A stretch of 38,491 nucleotides of DNA from Octopus bimaculoides (GCF_001194135.2 NC_068981.1:158126918-158165408), one strand, 5' to 3'; positions 11,280 to 23,845 are shown, numbered from the stretch's first letter. Program-made: numbers and translations. The notes: generated by a model not told the origin, from the letters alone.

Positions 11280-13480
11280 AGTGGTTGGTGTAGTAGAACC
11301 TGCAGGGGTCACTATTTTTTCTGCTTTGTTGACCATTTCCCTGATAACCATCTGCTTTCTTGATTATTGCAGTTTCTTTATAAAAAGTTGTTTTTCCTAA
11401 TGTGAATGTTAATTATCTTTAGATGTATTATTAAGTCAAGAAATGTAGTTAAACTGTTTAGAGGCTTCTTTTCAAGTAATTTTATCTCTTATATTTCTTC
11501 TAACATCAATATTGAAAGGCACTCCTTACACATCGTATGGTTTGTTCTTCAGCGAAAAACTTCTGCAACGAGGGCGCCCTTATCAGTTGCTATCCATTCG
11601 CTTACTTCTTAATAGTTGATTTTTAATGATTATTGTCAAGTGATATTTATAAGGCCACAAAAAGAGCAAAGGCTTTTCCCGTTTAGTATTAAACCTTTCA
11701 GATTCGTCTTCATCAGATTAAAAAGGATCCTCAAATATTACATTCGGGCAAAGTTTTCACAAAGTGGGGTCTTCTTAAAGTAACATTCTTGACTTCTTTC
11801 AATACCGTTGCAACTGAAAAAAAAAACGATGTATTTAATAGGTAAACAGACAGGAAAGTTTTAATTAGGATATCAGAATTCATTCATTTTCTCAGGAATA
11901 TATTTTTGTAATGCGATTTCAGGTTTTGAATCAACTCCTGGTCATTAAATTAGAGACCAGCCAAATCATACTGACTGGTCGATAGATGGCAAAAATATTA
12001 CCAGAAAACATTTGTGATACGGGAGGATGAACATTGCAATTGTCCACAAAAAGAAAAGCTTTGTTATCTTAAAGTAGACATTTTTTTCTAAAATTTCGTT
12101 TTACATTTTGAAAAAAATGATTTTTTGAAAAATAACTTGCCTTAAACAAACTTCCCGACATCCATGCATTGCTATAGACATCATAAACCACTAACAAAAA
12201 CAGCATTTCCTTAAATGTCCAATGTCCCACATTTTCCAGTTACAAAGTTTCAGCCCTCGTCCACTCGTATTATCTATCTACGAAAGAGTTAAATTACGTT
12301 TTTAATCTAATCCTCAAACATGAAATTGTATTTATTTTTCAATGGCCTCAATACCTCTGAAATCAAAGACGGTCCTTCCTCTTAAGGGTCAGAAGGTACC
12401 CAACCTCCAGTAATTGTTGACTCTCTACAAAGCTCAGAAGAAGTCCATAATGGACAATGCTGCTGTTGCTACTGCATATACAGACATTCTCGACCGCATC
12501 CAAAAAAGAACTACCTGACTGACTGATATAAAGTCACTGACGGACACGCTGCAGCCTCTGGCCCACATGCACGTTTTCTCATCGTTTCTGCTGATTTGGG
12601 ATAACCGTTACAATAATGGCTTCTACTCCTTAGAGCTAGTTGGGCTACTCAGACATTCGTAGCGTACTCAACTCTCCTTCTCTCATGAACCTTGTTGGAC
12701 TTAATCCCACCGAGCCTGCACTAATCAGTCCTTCCTTCTTAGAACTTGCCCCTCTGGGATTCCCTTTCCTGCAGTTGTTGACTTGCAAAGGATCAAGAAG
12801 AATATTAATGGCACCAATCTTGCCATTATAAGAGGGCTAGAAAACACCATGGACACTGCTTCTTCTTCCGAACTCAGTAAGTAAATAAAACTTACTGATT
12901 TCTTTTCTTTTTACAAATTAAGTTCAAGAATTCTATGTCAACTTTCTTAGTTTTCTAAACCACCCACTAAAAACACGCAAGTCTCCGCAATATCTTTTTC
13001 TTCGTGATACTGCTTGACCTTTTCAATGACAATTTTGTCTGAAATTGACATACTTTCGGTTACTTTTCACTAAGCCACTTAAATAATACTAAATCTAATG
13101 TTGAAAAGTTTGCCGCATATCAGTACATTTATTGGTCTCTGAATCAGCCATAGATTGCATTAATTTGTCCTTTTCTTTTTCATGGTTAAAATTGTTAAAG
13201 GACTTATGATATATTCACACTTGAAAGTGTTCCAATTTCCAACGTTTCCCAAATTCAATGTTCAATATTGTTGTGCAATATAGAAGTTACATTGTTTTTC
13301 TTTTCACACATTTCCCAGCTTGGTGAGTTTTGTTAACATTATAAAAATTTTGCCATATAAGTAGAGAAAGTCAGATAGATAACACTTTGGTGAAAGCCAC
13401 AAACTTTTTCCTTTTTAATTTCAGTTTAAACAATGGCATTGTAGCGTTAGCAACCAGAGACAGCACTTAAAACAAAATCA
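11280..13480. mobile_element. Unclassified, probably DNA-transposon-derived sequence
   Basis: Non-microsatellite block with stop-interrupted protein-like frames and a caaagtttcagccc-type motif (12243) that is common in mollusc non-autonomous DNA elements. No domain recognised. Confidence 0.2.
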
Positions 13481-13742
13481 GTGAAGCGCAACAAAAAGCA
13501 CCAAACAATAGTGCACTACATACTATTGGATACTGAGTTAATGAAATGTCTTACATTATATTTAGATAGGTAGATAATAGATAGATAGATGGATAGATAC
13601 ATACATACATACATACAGTACTCATCGGGTGTCTTTAACTCGTACACAACCCTCTTTGAATTTCTAGTCACCTTTATGTTTGTATGTTTGATTCAAGAAT
13701 TTTCATATATATATATGTGTGCGTGTGTGTGTGTGTGTAATC

Positions 13743-13773
<31 letters not shown>

Positions 13774-14942
13774 NNNNNNNNNNNNNNNNNNNNNNNNNNN
13801 NNNNNNNNNNNNNNNNNNNNNNNNNNNNNNNNNNNNNNNNNNNNNNNNNNNNNNNNNNNNNNNNNNNNNNNNNNNNNNNNNNNNNNNNNNNNNNNNNNNN
13901 NNNNNNNNNNNNNNNNNNNNNNNNNNNNNNNNNNNNNNNNNNNNNNNNNNNNNNNNNNNNNNNNNNNNNNNNNNATATATACATATAGATATATACATAC
14001 AGACTCACTGAGTCTATCCGGTCAACAACATCAGGCTCTGGTCACCTTAATATACTCCACTTCTACGAACCAACATAGGACCTTTTAACTTCTTACAAGA
14101 CCTCTTTAAAATAGCAGGCCAAATTTCCTTCATATTGATGTCTGTCGTTTTTCTTTTTTTTTTTTCAATGCAGTATGGTCGTGGTTGGAATATCATTGAT
14201 GATATGTCCTTTCAGTTAGTGTGACCTGTGGCCAAGCAACATAAACATCAACTGTTACACTTGTACATTACACTACAACTCACTTTACTAAATTACACTA
14301 TGCTGCTTCGTTGAAATTTCTCAAGACCTCTGACATGGGCACATCAGGAGAGGGGCAGCTTGAAGTAAACAGTTTATATTTAAACCATTATACATCATTA
14401 GAAATATTAATTAAGACTTCTCTCGTTTTTCTCAACGTCTCTCTTTTACTTTTCGCTTGCTCTTTTTCTCTTTATGTATGTATTTATATATTCAAAGATG
14501 TATGTGTATGCGCTTGTATGTATCTATGTCTACACGTGCAACATTTTTTGACATAAGGGAAAGAGAAAGACTACTCAATACTTATAATAGAGTTCATATA
14601 AGTAATAAAAATACTTAAAACAAGAGATTGATTAAACGTCGTTACAAAAATTCTGTCGAAAATAAAAAGCAATGCAAAACTCTGATTAACGGCAGTAAGA
14701 AATATCTGTTAAAATATATATATATTTACACACACATATTAAATTACTTACTAAAATATTAATAGTGGTTCGCTTCGTTGCTACATTGCATTCTAGGCCA
14801 TATCTATAGAGTTTTTAAACAAAATCGTACGGGACGTACAATGTTGGTTAAAAACTCTACGCCTTCATATACAATCTGTTCGCAGATAGGAAAAGTAAGA
14901 ATAATTGTATATGCATAATACAATTCCACTTGGAATTTCGTC

Positions 14943-14984
14943 TGTAACTACACCTTCCAGAGCTATATGGAAGGTGTAGTTACA
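14943..14984. other. Perfect 17-bp hairpin with 8-nt loop
   Basis: tgtaactacaccttcca-gagctata-tggaaggtgtagttaca. Confidence 0.9.
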
Positions 14985-16237
14985 TATAGCATATGAACCC
15001 ATTGATATTAGTAACTAAAGTAAATTGGATACACCGATTTGCATACTTAACACTTTCTTGGCAGCTAATTGGAATATGGAATTACTGGGTGTTGACAGTG
15101 TTTCGTTTCGCACTAAAAGAACATATCTATCGTTTTTTTACTTAATGCTCTATGTTCTGATGAATACAAACATTGAGTCTGTCTCTGTGTGTGTGTGTGT
15201 GTGTGTACACATACGTATATATATATATATATANNNNNNNNNNNNNNNNNNNNNNNNNNNNNNNNNNNNNNNNNNNNNNNNNNNNNNNNNNNNNNNNNNN
15301 NNNNNNNNNNNNNNNNNNNNNNNNNNNNNNNNNNNNNNNNNNNNNNNNNNNNNNNNNNNNNNNNNNNNNNNNNNNNNNNNNNNNNNNNNNNNNNNNNNNN
15401 NNNNNNNNNNNNNNNNNNNNNNNNNNNNNNNNNNNNNNNNNNNNNNNNNNNNNNNNNNNNNNNNNNNNNNNNNNNNNNNNNNNNNNNNNNNNNNNNNNNN
15501 NNNNNNNNNNNNNNNNNNNNNNNNNNNNNNNNNNNNNNNNNNNNNNNNNNNNNNNNNNNNNNNNNNNNNNNNNNNNNNNNNNNNNNNNNNNNNNNNNNNN
15601 NNNNNNNNNNNNNNNNNNNNNNNNNNNNNNNNNNNNNNNNNNNNNNNNNNNNNNNNNNNNNNNNNNNNNNNNNNNNNNNNNNNNNNNNNNNNNNNNNNNN
15701 NNNNNNNNNNNNNNNNNNNNNNNNNNNNNNNNNNNNNNNNNNNNNNNNNNNNNNNNNNNNNNNNNNNNNNNNNNNNNNNNNNNNNNNNNNNNNNNNNNNN
15801 NNNNNNNNNNNNNNNNNNNNNNNNNNNNNNNNNNNNNNNNNNNNNNNNNNNNNNNNNNNNNNNNNNNNNNNNNNNNNNNNNNNNNNNNNNNNNNNNNNNN
15901 NNNNNNNNNNNNNNNNNCCCTCACTTCACCACACCCCAACACCGCCACTCCACACCACACACCACCACATCACATCACCCCACACCACCTAGCACACACT
16001 AGCACTGACCACTTCCCAGCACCCACACATTACAGAAGCACACACACACATGCACACACACACACACACTCGCGCACACTTACACACTCTCACATACACG
16101 CACGCGTACCTTCGTTATTATCTACCCTTCTTCCTAGCCCTCCTATCTAACCACCTTTGTCCAATCAGTTGCCATGACTGACCGTTAACTATACAAGTTT
16201 TTTTATTATTCTCTCTCTGTTTATTTCCTCGTGCTCC

Positions 16238-16271
16238 TTTCTGTTGAAGCGCGTACGCTTGAAACGTAAAA
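16238..16271 (+). ncRNA. Minimal hammerhead-like motif with variant core
   Basis: ttt CTGTTGA agcg-cgta-cgct t GAAACGTA aaa. The core has U at position 6, stem II is 4 bp and stem I only 3 bp. Confidence 0.35.
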
Positions 16272-16360
16272 TACTTTCTCACCTTCCCGAGCGTCAAGCT
16301 AATACACCTGCTTGTTGTTTATACACCTGTTTTCGTCTTTTGTTTTTCTCTAAATTTCAA

Positions 16361-16387
<27 letters not shown>

Positions 16388-16437
<50 letters not shown>
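16388..16437 (+). repeat. (AG)n microsatellite following (AT)n
   Basis: Directly visible. Confidence 0.95.
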
Positions 16438-16440
<3 letters not shown>

Positions 16441-18589
16441 GCAAGTGTAGATGTATTATATTGTGTAATATGAAAAACATAAATTATAATTTCGTCTGCT
16501 TGTCATGAATTATAACCATCCCACAACAGTTGTCATATGATACAGCGTGTCGATCAATCAGACACTCCTGAAGGAAAGATTGATAACAAGGGTCAGTAAT
16601 CTGTGATGTAATGTAATATTTTCCGTGCATCGTCACGGCCAATTATCAAATTACGAAAGATTGATATATTGAAAGAGAGGGTCAGGGAGAGAGAATTATA
16701 AATAATACAGAATGACTTGAGATATGTAGCCATGACATACTAATTAGGGTGTGTATAAATAGATTATTGCTGGCTACATGCGTTGAAGATGGATATTATA
16801 ATATATAATTAATATATATTTATACACAGCTCTGCGTGTAATAGAAAGCATAAAGTAGGTTTAATGCAATAAATCTTTAACTGAGGAAATGTAAACAGAT
16901 ACGGACACATCTTGCTAATCTTTTGTTGTGACGAAGAGAATTTCAAGGCATTTTTACGTATGCTTACAATTCAGCCTAAAATCGTAATAACAGTTTAACT
17001 AATTTAGTTTTATCTTAGACTTTTTAATACATGCCGCGTCAGCAGAAGTATTTATTAGTTGTTTAATCTTGTCGCCAGCAAACGCAAGACATGCAAATTA
17101 GTCTAGCCATTAGAACTAGATTTTAACGTTTTATATAAATGATGATTTCTTTACAGCTCTCTTTTCGAGCACGAGAACAGATTCCAATTTTCCTTCGAAC
17201 AATGAAACATATTAGGATAATCTTCATTTTTCTTTGTACGAAAGGAATAACAAGCTATAATTGACAAAGACATTTCATCAGAAAGGTGTGAATCCAAATT
17301 CTCGCTCGAAAATTTGGTGACGTAGGAATATGACTCTTCTGCAGTAAAAATCTGTTCACATATCTGCAGCTTTGATTAATTTGTCCTATTCGCATAAGGT
17401 CTAATAAACCGAAACATGTGTCCTCGATAATCACTTGCCTGAAAAAACGATTAGACAGCCTTTTCTTAAGCACGTAAATTAACTTTAAGAAATCAATTCT
17501 TAATTTTTGAAATCATCTCCACTTTTCTTTGAGAATCGCGAAAAATTGTTGCTGCTTTTGTTTTCGTCCTCCAAATCTGTGGAAATTCTAAATTAATTAT
17601 AAATTATGTAAGTAGGACATTCACAGTCCTAAAGAGAGAATGGTCATGGCTGGAGTGCGCTAGATAATAGTTCTGCTCGGTTAGAGTTAACATAGCGCTG
17701 AAAACACCACAACTATAGCAACAGCATATCAATTTCATTCAGTGTATCCCACAATCAACATTTTCTACATAGTCTTCGATCTGCAGGGAAAAGCAGCCAA
17801 ATCTCTCTTATATAACACATTCCCATCTTTAAAAAAGAGCACATTAGTTAACATAGTCCTAGATACGCCCAAAATTTTTGAATGTCAACAGTTGAAAGAA
17901 CTTTGTTCATAAGCGTGTTCAAAGTTGGCCTGGGGCTAAACGACAATAACAATTTCATTGATAACTATGAAAACTACTGACACCCTTTTAACCTTCACTT
18001 TCACCACTTCTCTCTAGTCCACCGCTTCGTTGCTCACTTCCTTCCTTTATTCACCACCATCACCGTCCTATCACCACCACAACTATCACCACAAACACCA
18101 CCTCCTCAATTTCCAGCATCACTTCTTACTATCTATTATGTCTCAAGCTACTGCTGTCTAGCACCTTCGGATGATCTCTACTCAACCGCTACTCGACTGC
18201 TACTCAACACTACTCAACTCCTCTACCACGGCTAGATTACCTCTATTTATATGTCTTGGGCGATCCTACTTCTTCGCTTGGGGGCGTCGACACAACACTA
18301 TCCTTCCGCAACCTCTATTATCACCATCATCCTCTTATCTTCGTCATTATTTTCTTGTCTCCCATTGACTAACTTGTTATCTGTCCCATGCCTGATTAAC
18401 AAAACAAACATTGTATCAGCTACCACCACATCACTTCTAATTAAGGTTCTGTTTTTGTCCTTTTATTAATTCCTTAATTTATTTTATAATGAGATATTAA
18501 AGCTGTTTCTTTATTATTGTTATTCCCTCAACATTGTTTTAGGTATTCACGTCTAAGGTACTTTATTATTAAATCGAGAATTGTATTTT

Positions 18590-18685
18590 ATTCTATCTGT
18601 CGTGGAAGGACATAAGGCAAAGTTACTGCGGTATAATTTGAACATAGCATTTTACCCGACGCTCTAACTATTCTGACTATTCTAT
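18590..18685 (-). mobile_element. Highly degraded OK-type SINE fragment
   Basis: aaggcaaagtt...atttgaac...gcattttacccgacgctctaactattctg resembles the reverse complement of the SINE head at 5594. Confidence 0.5.
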
Positions 18686-18859
18686 CTACTCTACTATCTC
18701 CACTAAAACAGGATACAACTATAGAATCATCTTTCTGTCTATCTGATTTCCAACATTGTTATTGGTATAAATGTGAATTTCTAATCTGGTTTTAGAAGCT
18801 GAGGAGTTCGAAGTAAACATCCCATTATCATCTTTCTCTTGGGATTAATATAGAGAATT

Positions 18860-19378
18860 TCTGTTATTGAATACAAACATAAACATCAACACAGGTAATA
18901 TTGGTGGAACATTCCCCTCAAAATTTCTACCTAGTGCAAACTTAACAGGTCGGATATTTATTGTTTATGAGACAATCAAAAGTACGTACCGTCATTGAGG
19001 TCAACTGCTCCACTGATGTGAATATCTCTTTAAGAAATCAAACGGAAAGAGGACATCTAAGGATAACTGCTTCAATACCAGGTTATAAATTATAAATTCA
19101 CATTTATACCAGTAATAATTAGTGCACTTGGTTTTGTTAGAAAATGCTTTAGTGAGTGTGGAAAGGCTAGGGTTTTCAAAGAAAGAAATCAATCTGCTAA
19201 TTAGCACATTAAAAATACAATCTGTAAGCATTACAGTAAAAATATGTAACATATTTCTCACGCTCAAAATGTGACATTGGTTTCCTTATCTACATTCCAG
19301 CGATGTAGTTTTGTATCTTTGTTAGAAACTAGCTCCTTCTTTGCCGGAAGACTTCAAATAATAATAAAAAAGGAGAAC
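18860..19378 (+). mobile_element. 3' end of an R2-superfamily (R4/Dong-like) LINE with a restriction-like endonuclease (RLE)
   Basis: Frameshifted translation: YWWNIPLKIST*CKLNRSDI..., VIEVNCSTDVNISL, YKFTFIPVIISALGFVRKC, VERLGFSKKEINLLISTLKIQSVSITVKICNIFLTLKM*. These match the (N)RPDI...E...IIIGALG C-terminus of RLE LINEs. About 100 nt of 3' UTR follows, then (ACAT)n. Confidence 0.8.
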
Positions 19379-21269
19379 ATACATACATACATACATACAT
19401 ACATACATACATACATACAAGCACATGCATACATACATACATACTGGGAATTAGTGAATCATGTGATTGTTGTTTAGAATTTCACATAAGTAAGATATAC
19501 ATGTAATTAGTCTGATGTGTCGGCCACCATATAATGTATGGCTAATCACATCTATATCTTAGCTGTGGTTGAAACACCGACAAACAACAGAACGAATCGC
19601 GAATCACCAGATTCACAGTAAATACTAACTCTTCACTATTCTTTTGAATGCGACCTTCTTTCGTTTTCAAACACAAGCACATATGTGTGTATGTGTATGT
19701 GTGTGTATGTCTGTGTGTATGTGTGTGCGTATGTGTGTGTGAAGGTGCAGATGGATGAGTGAATGGGTGTGTATACACATACATACATATATACATACAT
19801 ACATCGACATATATGTACATTCATACATTCATATATGTACATACATTCATATGTATTCATACATACATTCATATACATTCATATATGTACATACGTACAT
19901 TTATCACATCTCTTTTTTCTTACAAACACATGCACACACACATACACGCGTGCGCACACACTCACATACACACATACATAATCACACACACACACACAAA
20001 CCCACACACATACACACACACAATGATATGACATCCTTGGCAAGATTTAGTACCACAATAAATAAAACCTCCAGAGGATTTAACAAAATAGGTTTGTAGA
20101 TATGTGATGAAAATATTCATGAAATATTTTCTTTTTAAATTAATAAAGATTAAAGATAGATATAAAGTAATAGTACGTGTGTTTACAATATGGCAATATT
20201 TGAAAGTGCAAAATCTGTTTATTTCAATATATGGATCGAATAGCAAGTAAATAAAGAAAGTGTACGACTTAAGACAGAAGTGAATTATATAAAAGAGTGA
20301 CTTGTATTTCGTATATTAGATGATTTTTCAAGTTTAGTACACAAATGTGTATTAAATTTTCTAAAACAAAGAACCTAAATAATTAACTCTTTTCTATAAC
20401 TGGAATTATGGAAAATGCGATTTAGAAAATGCTATAAATGTTAAGCAGGTAATAATTTATCAATATGAAGTTACAGAATAGCAGGAGTATAGAGATTAAT
20501 TGAAATATAGATAATCAAAAATTTAATGGTGAATTTATCGAGATTTATCAAAATATTTAAATGTTGAACGGTATCTATGGTTACAGGAAAATATAACATC
20601 CGAGAACATATTTAATGATGTAGGCTCACATCGACGAAGAATACTCATGAACTCTGTAAGGCACAATTTATATACACGCGTAACTGTATTGTATGGAGGT
20701 GCTTCTGCTATTACAGACTAAAATAATGAGTATTGTATATCTTTTAGTTTTTAAGTTCTTGTACATACGAAGCTAGCGTTGTAGAAGATTTTTTTTTGCG
20801 TTAGTACGAATGAGGCCCGAATTAATAACATGGCATTTACGAATTCACATAAATATAAACCCTATAAATGTAAGTTTGCAAGAGTTTCATTATAAATGAG
20901 ACTTTTTAGCATATTTGCTTGTAAAAGAAGGAAAGAAATAGTAAGGTGGTGTGAGTAATTCAGTCGTCCGGGCTGAGGGGTCTCAGGACGCCGCCAACCT
21001 CCACCACCTTAAATTTCATCTAGAAAAAAAAGGACAAGATTGTGAAACTGTAATCAATTAATTGTAAAAGGTTCAATTAGGTCGCTCGGAGTGTGGGATT
21101 CGAGCGGCCCTCATTTCATTCTTTCATTTTTTTCCTTTTCATCTTTTCGTTTATTCATTTTTTTTTTTTTTTTCACATAGTGTCTTATCTGTCCTTGTGC
21201 TGTCCCCTCTGTTTTGGGCCTTTATGGCTGATTACAAATAAATTGCACGAAATGTGAATTCTGAATAAT

Positions 21270-21365
21270 ATCCTCTCTGATGAAGGAGGCAGTATCCAAT
21301 TTTTGGAGAGAAAATACCATTAAAATCTATGGACTACTTTGCCCCTGAAACGGACGTAAGAGGAT
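21270..21365 (+). ncRNA. Type I hammerhead ribozyme with intact core
   Basis: atcctct CTGATGA agg-a-ggca-gta-tcca ...loop... tgga-c-tac-tt-tgcc-cct GAAA C ggac G TA agaggat. Stem I is a perfect 7 bp, stem II is extended, stem III is 1 bp plus a tetraloop. Predicted cleavage is after A21358. Confidence 0.85.
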
Positions 21366-21745
21366 TACCACCAACAATTGATCTAAACAGAATTACTTAT
21401 TCTCTTGGATTATTTACATATGATTTTTTTTTAATCCAATCTCAACGCTACGATGTTTTTGTTTTTTTTTATTCGCTGTTCGGAAGACTTCATTTTATAC
21501 TCTTTTTTGTAAGGGCATTATTCTTAAATAATTTTTACAATGCCGTTCTAACCTAATTTCACTCAACTATTTATATATGTATTTTAGATTTTTATATAGT
21601 TATGTATTCATAGTATTTTAATATGTTTTAATATTTTAATGGCTGATACATTGATATATTTAAAAACTGATACACATCGATCCATAGCAGAATATATGTT
21701 TATTTAAATTGTTGAACCTATCTGAAATTCTCCTTAACATTTATA

Positions 21746-21853
<108 letters not shown>

Positions 21854-21909
21854 CGTTATTGGCAAAAGAAGTGGTATTGGATTTAAATAGCATCTATATA
21901 TCATGTGAA

Positions 21910-22245
21910 GGCGCATGGCTCAGTGGTTAGAACATCGGACTCACAATCATGTGGTAGTGAGTTCGATTCCCGAACCGTGCTCTGTGTCGAGTTTTTGAGC
22001 AAGACATATTTTTCATGTTGCTCCAGTTCACTCAGCTGTAGAAATGAGTTGCGACGTCACAGGTGCCAAGCTGTATCGGCATTTGCCTTTACCTTCGATA
22101 ACATCGGTGACGTGGAGAGGGGAGGCTAGTATGCACGGGCGACTACTGGTCTTCCATAAAACAACTTGCCCTGACTTGTGCCTCGGAGGGGAACTTTCTA
22201 GGTGCAATCCCATGGTCATTCATGCCCGAAAGGGGCTTTTACTTT
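21910..22245 (+). mobile_element. Full-length tRNA-derived SINE
   Basis: A-box TGGCTCAGTGG (21916-21926), B-box GAGTTCGATTCC (21959-21970), a central ttgagcaagaca...ttgctccagttcactcagctgtagaaatg domain, and a T-rich end. Confidence 0.85.
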
Positions 22246-23705
22246 TTATATATCATATTTAATGTATGACAAGTTGTACTGTAGTATACGTCCGGCGACA
22301 ATATCTGTCATGGATGTGCTCTGTTTAAAAGCACAATATATATATTGAATGGAGACAGAATTCTTCCCAACAGCAGTGTATTTCTGCTTTGTTTAACCCG
22401 ATTGATAACGTGTACTCACTACCAGCGTTCTTAGACGAAGTCTATCATCACAGATATATACGAAAACAGTGAAGCAGCCATTGGTGTTTCAAACAGCCGC
22501 TCGACTGAAGAAAAATCCGTTATATGACGTAGAAACAGTATCAGATTAAAAGAGTCATTTGGGTATCATACTTAATGTAAATACAGGCAAAATTTATTGG
22601 ATTTTTATTCAGCCAGACAGCTACTTGCAACACCAGGGACTGTTTGTTCGGTGTTTTCGTATACATCTCTGATGACAGATTTCGCTTAAGCATGCTAGCA
22701 GTGAGAACACGATATTCATAGCGCCCAATGAGGTAAAAATGCATCTAACGTTCTCACTCGCTGCTGTTGAGACAAGCTACTCTTGCCAACGATATAAACA
22801 TATTGTGTTTCTAAACACAGTGCGTACATTGAAGATATTGTCTCTGGACGAGCACTGCAATAAATTTTGCCTGTCACGATGTATTTCTATGAAATATGAC
22901 AGGCTCTCTCTCTCTCTCTCTCTCTCTTTCTTTCTCGCTCTCTTTCTTTCTCTCTCCCTCCCTCCATGTGTGTGTGTGTGTGTGTAATAATTTTATAATA
23001 AGAAATACGGTGATAGTTAAAGATTAAAAATTAAAGTTCATAATTAAACTTTAACATTTCACAGAGAAGAAAATATGAAGTAAAAGAATCTAAAAATAAA
23101 TATTGATGATAAATTTACGATGAGGAAAAGGAAATGGAGAATAAAGAAGTTCACTCTCATTTAAAGACAGTAAAATATTGAAACAACTGAGCGAACAAGG
23201 AATTTTGGAATAGGCATGTAATTATTTAAGATGTTTATGATAAATGTTGTGCAAAGTTACGAAAAAAAGTAACTCCGATACATTCGTACACATTCTAGAT
23301 TATTAAATAATTAAATTCTTAATTTATTAAATAATTGGAGAAATAAAGGGTAAATGAAATTAGATTAAGTAAAAGAGTCTATATTTGGAAGTTTAGGAAA
23401 TTAGTGAAATAAATGACGAATTATTTGAAAAAATGACAGGAAAATAGGAAAAAAACTTTAAAAAGGTTAAAGATTAGAAAGAATGTAAGTGAATCTTTAA
23501 CATTTGTGCAGAAATTCGAAGGCTGCAGTCAGAGTTACTAAACCACTGTTATGGAGAATGCATAAGAGAAAGAGCGTTTGTTTGAAGTCGAAATTGGAGG
23601 ACATTTTTAATTCGTATAATTTTTCACAGTTAAAACGGAATATATTTTCACTTTATTTACATTATTTACATTCGACGGATATTTGTCCTCATCTTGTTTG
23701 TTGTT

Positions 23706-23751
23706 AACACAACGTTTCGGCTGATATGCCCTCCAGCCTTCTTCAGGTGTC
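23706..23751 (-). ncRNA. Minimal (dimer-type) hammerhead ribozyme
   Basis: gacac CTGAAGA a ggctg-gagggcatat-cagcc GAAACGTT gtgtt. Stems I and II are 5 bp each, stem III is replaced by the AACGTT palindrome, and there is one extra A after A9. Confidence 0.75.
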
Positions 23752-23809
23752 TTGGGGAAATTTCGAACCTGGGTTCTTATTCCTAAAGTATTTTTCGATG
23801 TTGTTGTTG

Positions 23810-23842
<33 letters not shown>

Positions 23843-23845
<3 letters not shown>

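Noticed and set aside
11690-11720. Minus-strand CTGATGA aga-cgaa-tct GAAA motif
   Set aside because: No NUH triplet with stem III pairing and no stem I complement, so probably a chance core match.
17145-17440. Minus-strand frame of about 98 codons with a single stop after a ttttttcag acceptor
   Set aside because: Interrupted, no donor, and no recognisable domain.
22500-22550. CTGAAGA...cgt-tatatg-acg..GAAACAG hammerhead-like spacing
   Set aside because: Stems I and III cannot form and stem II is offset from the core.
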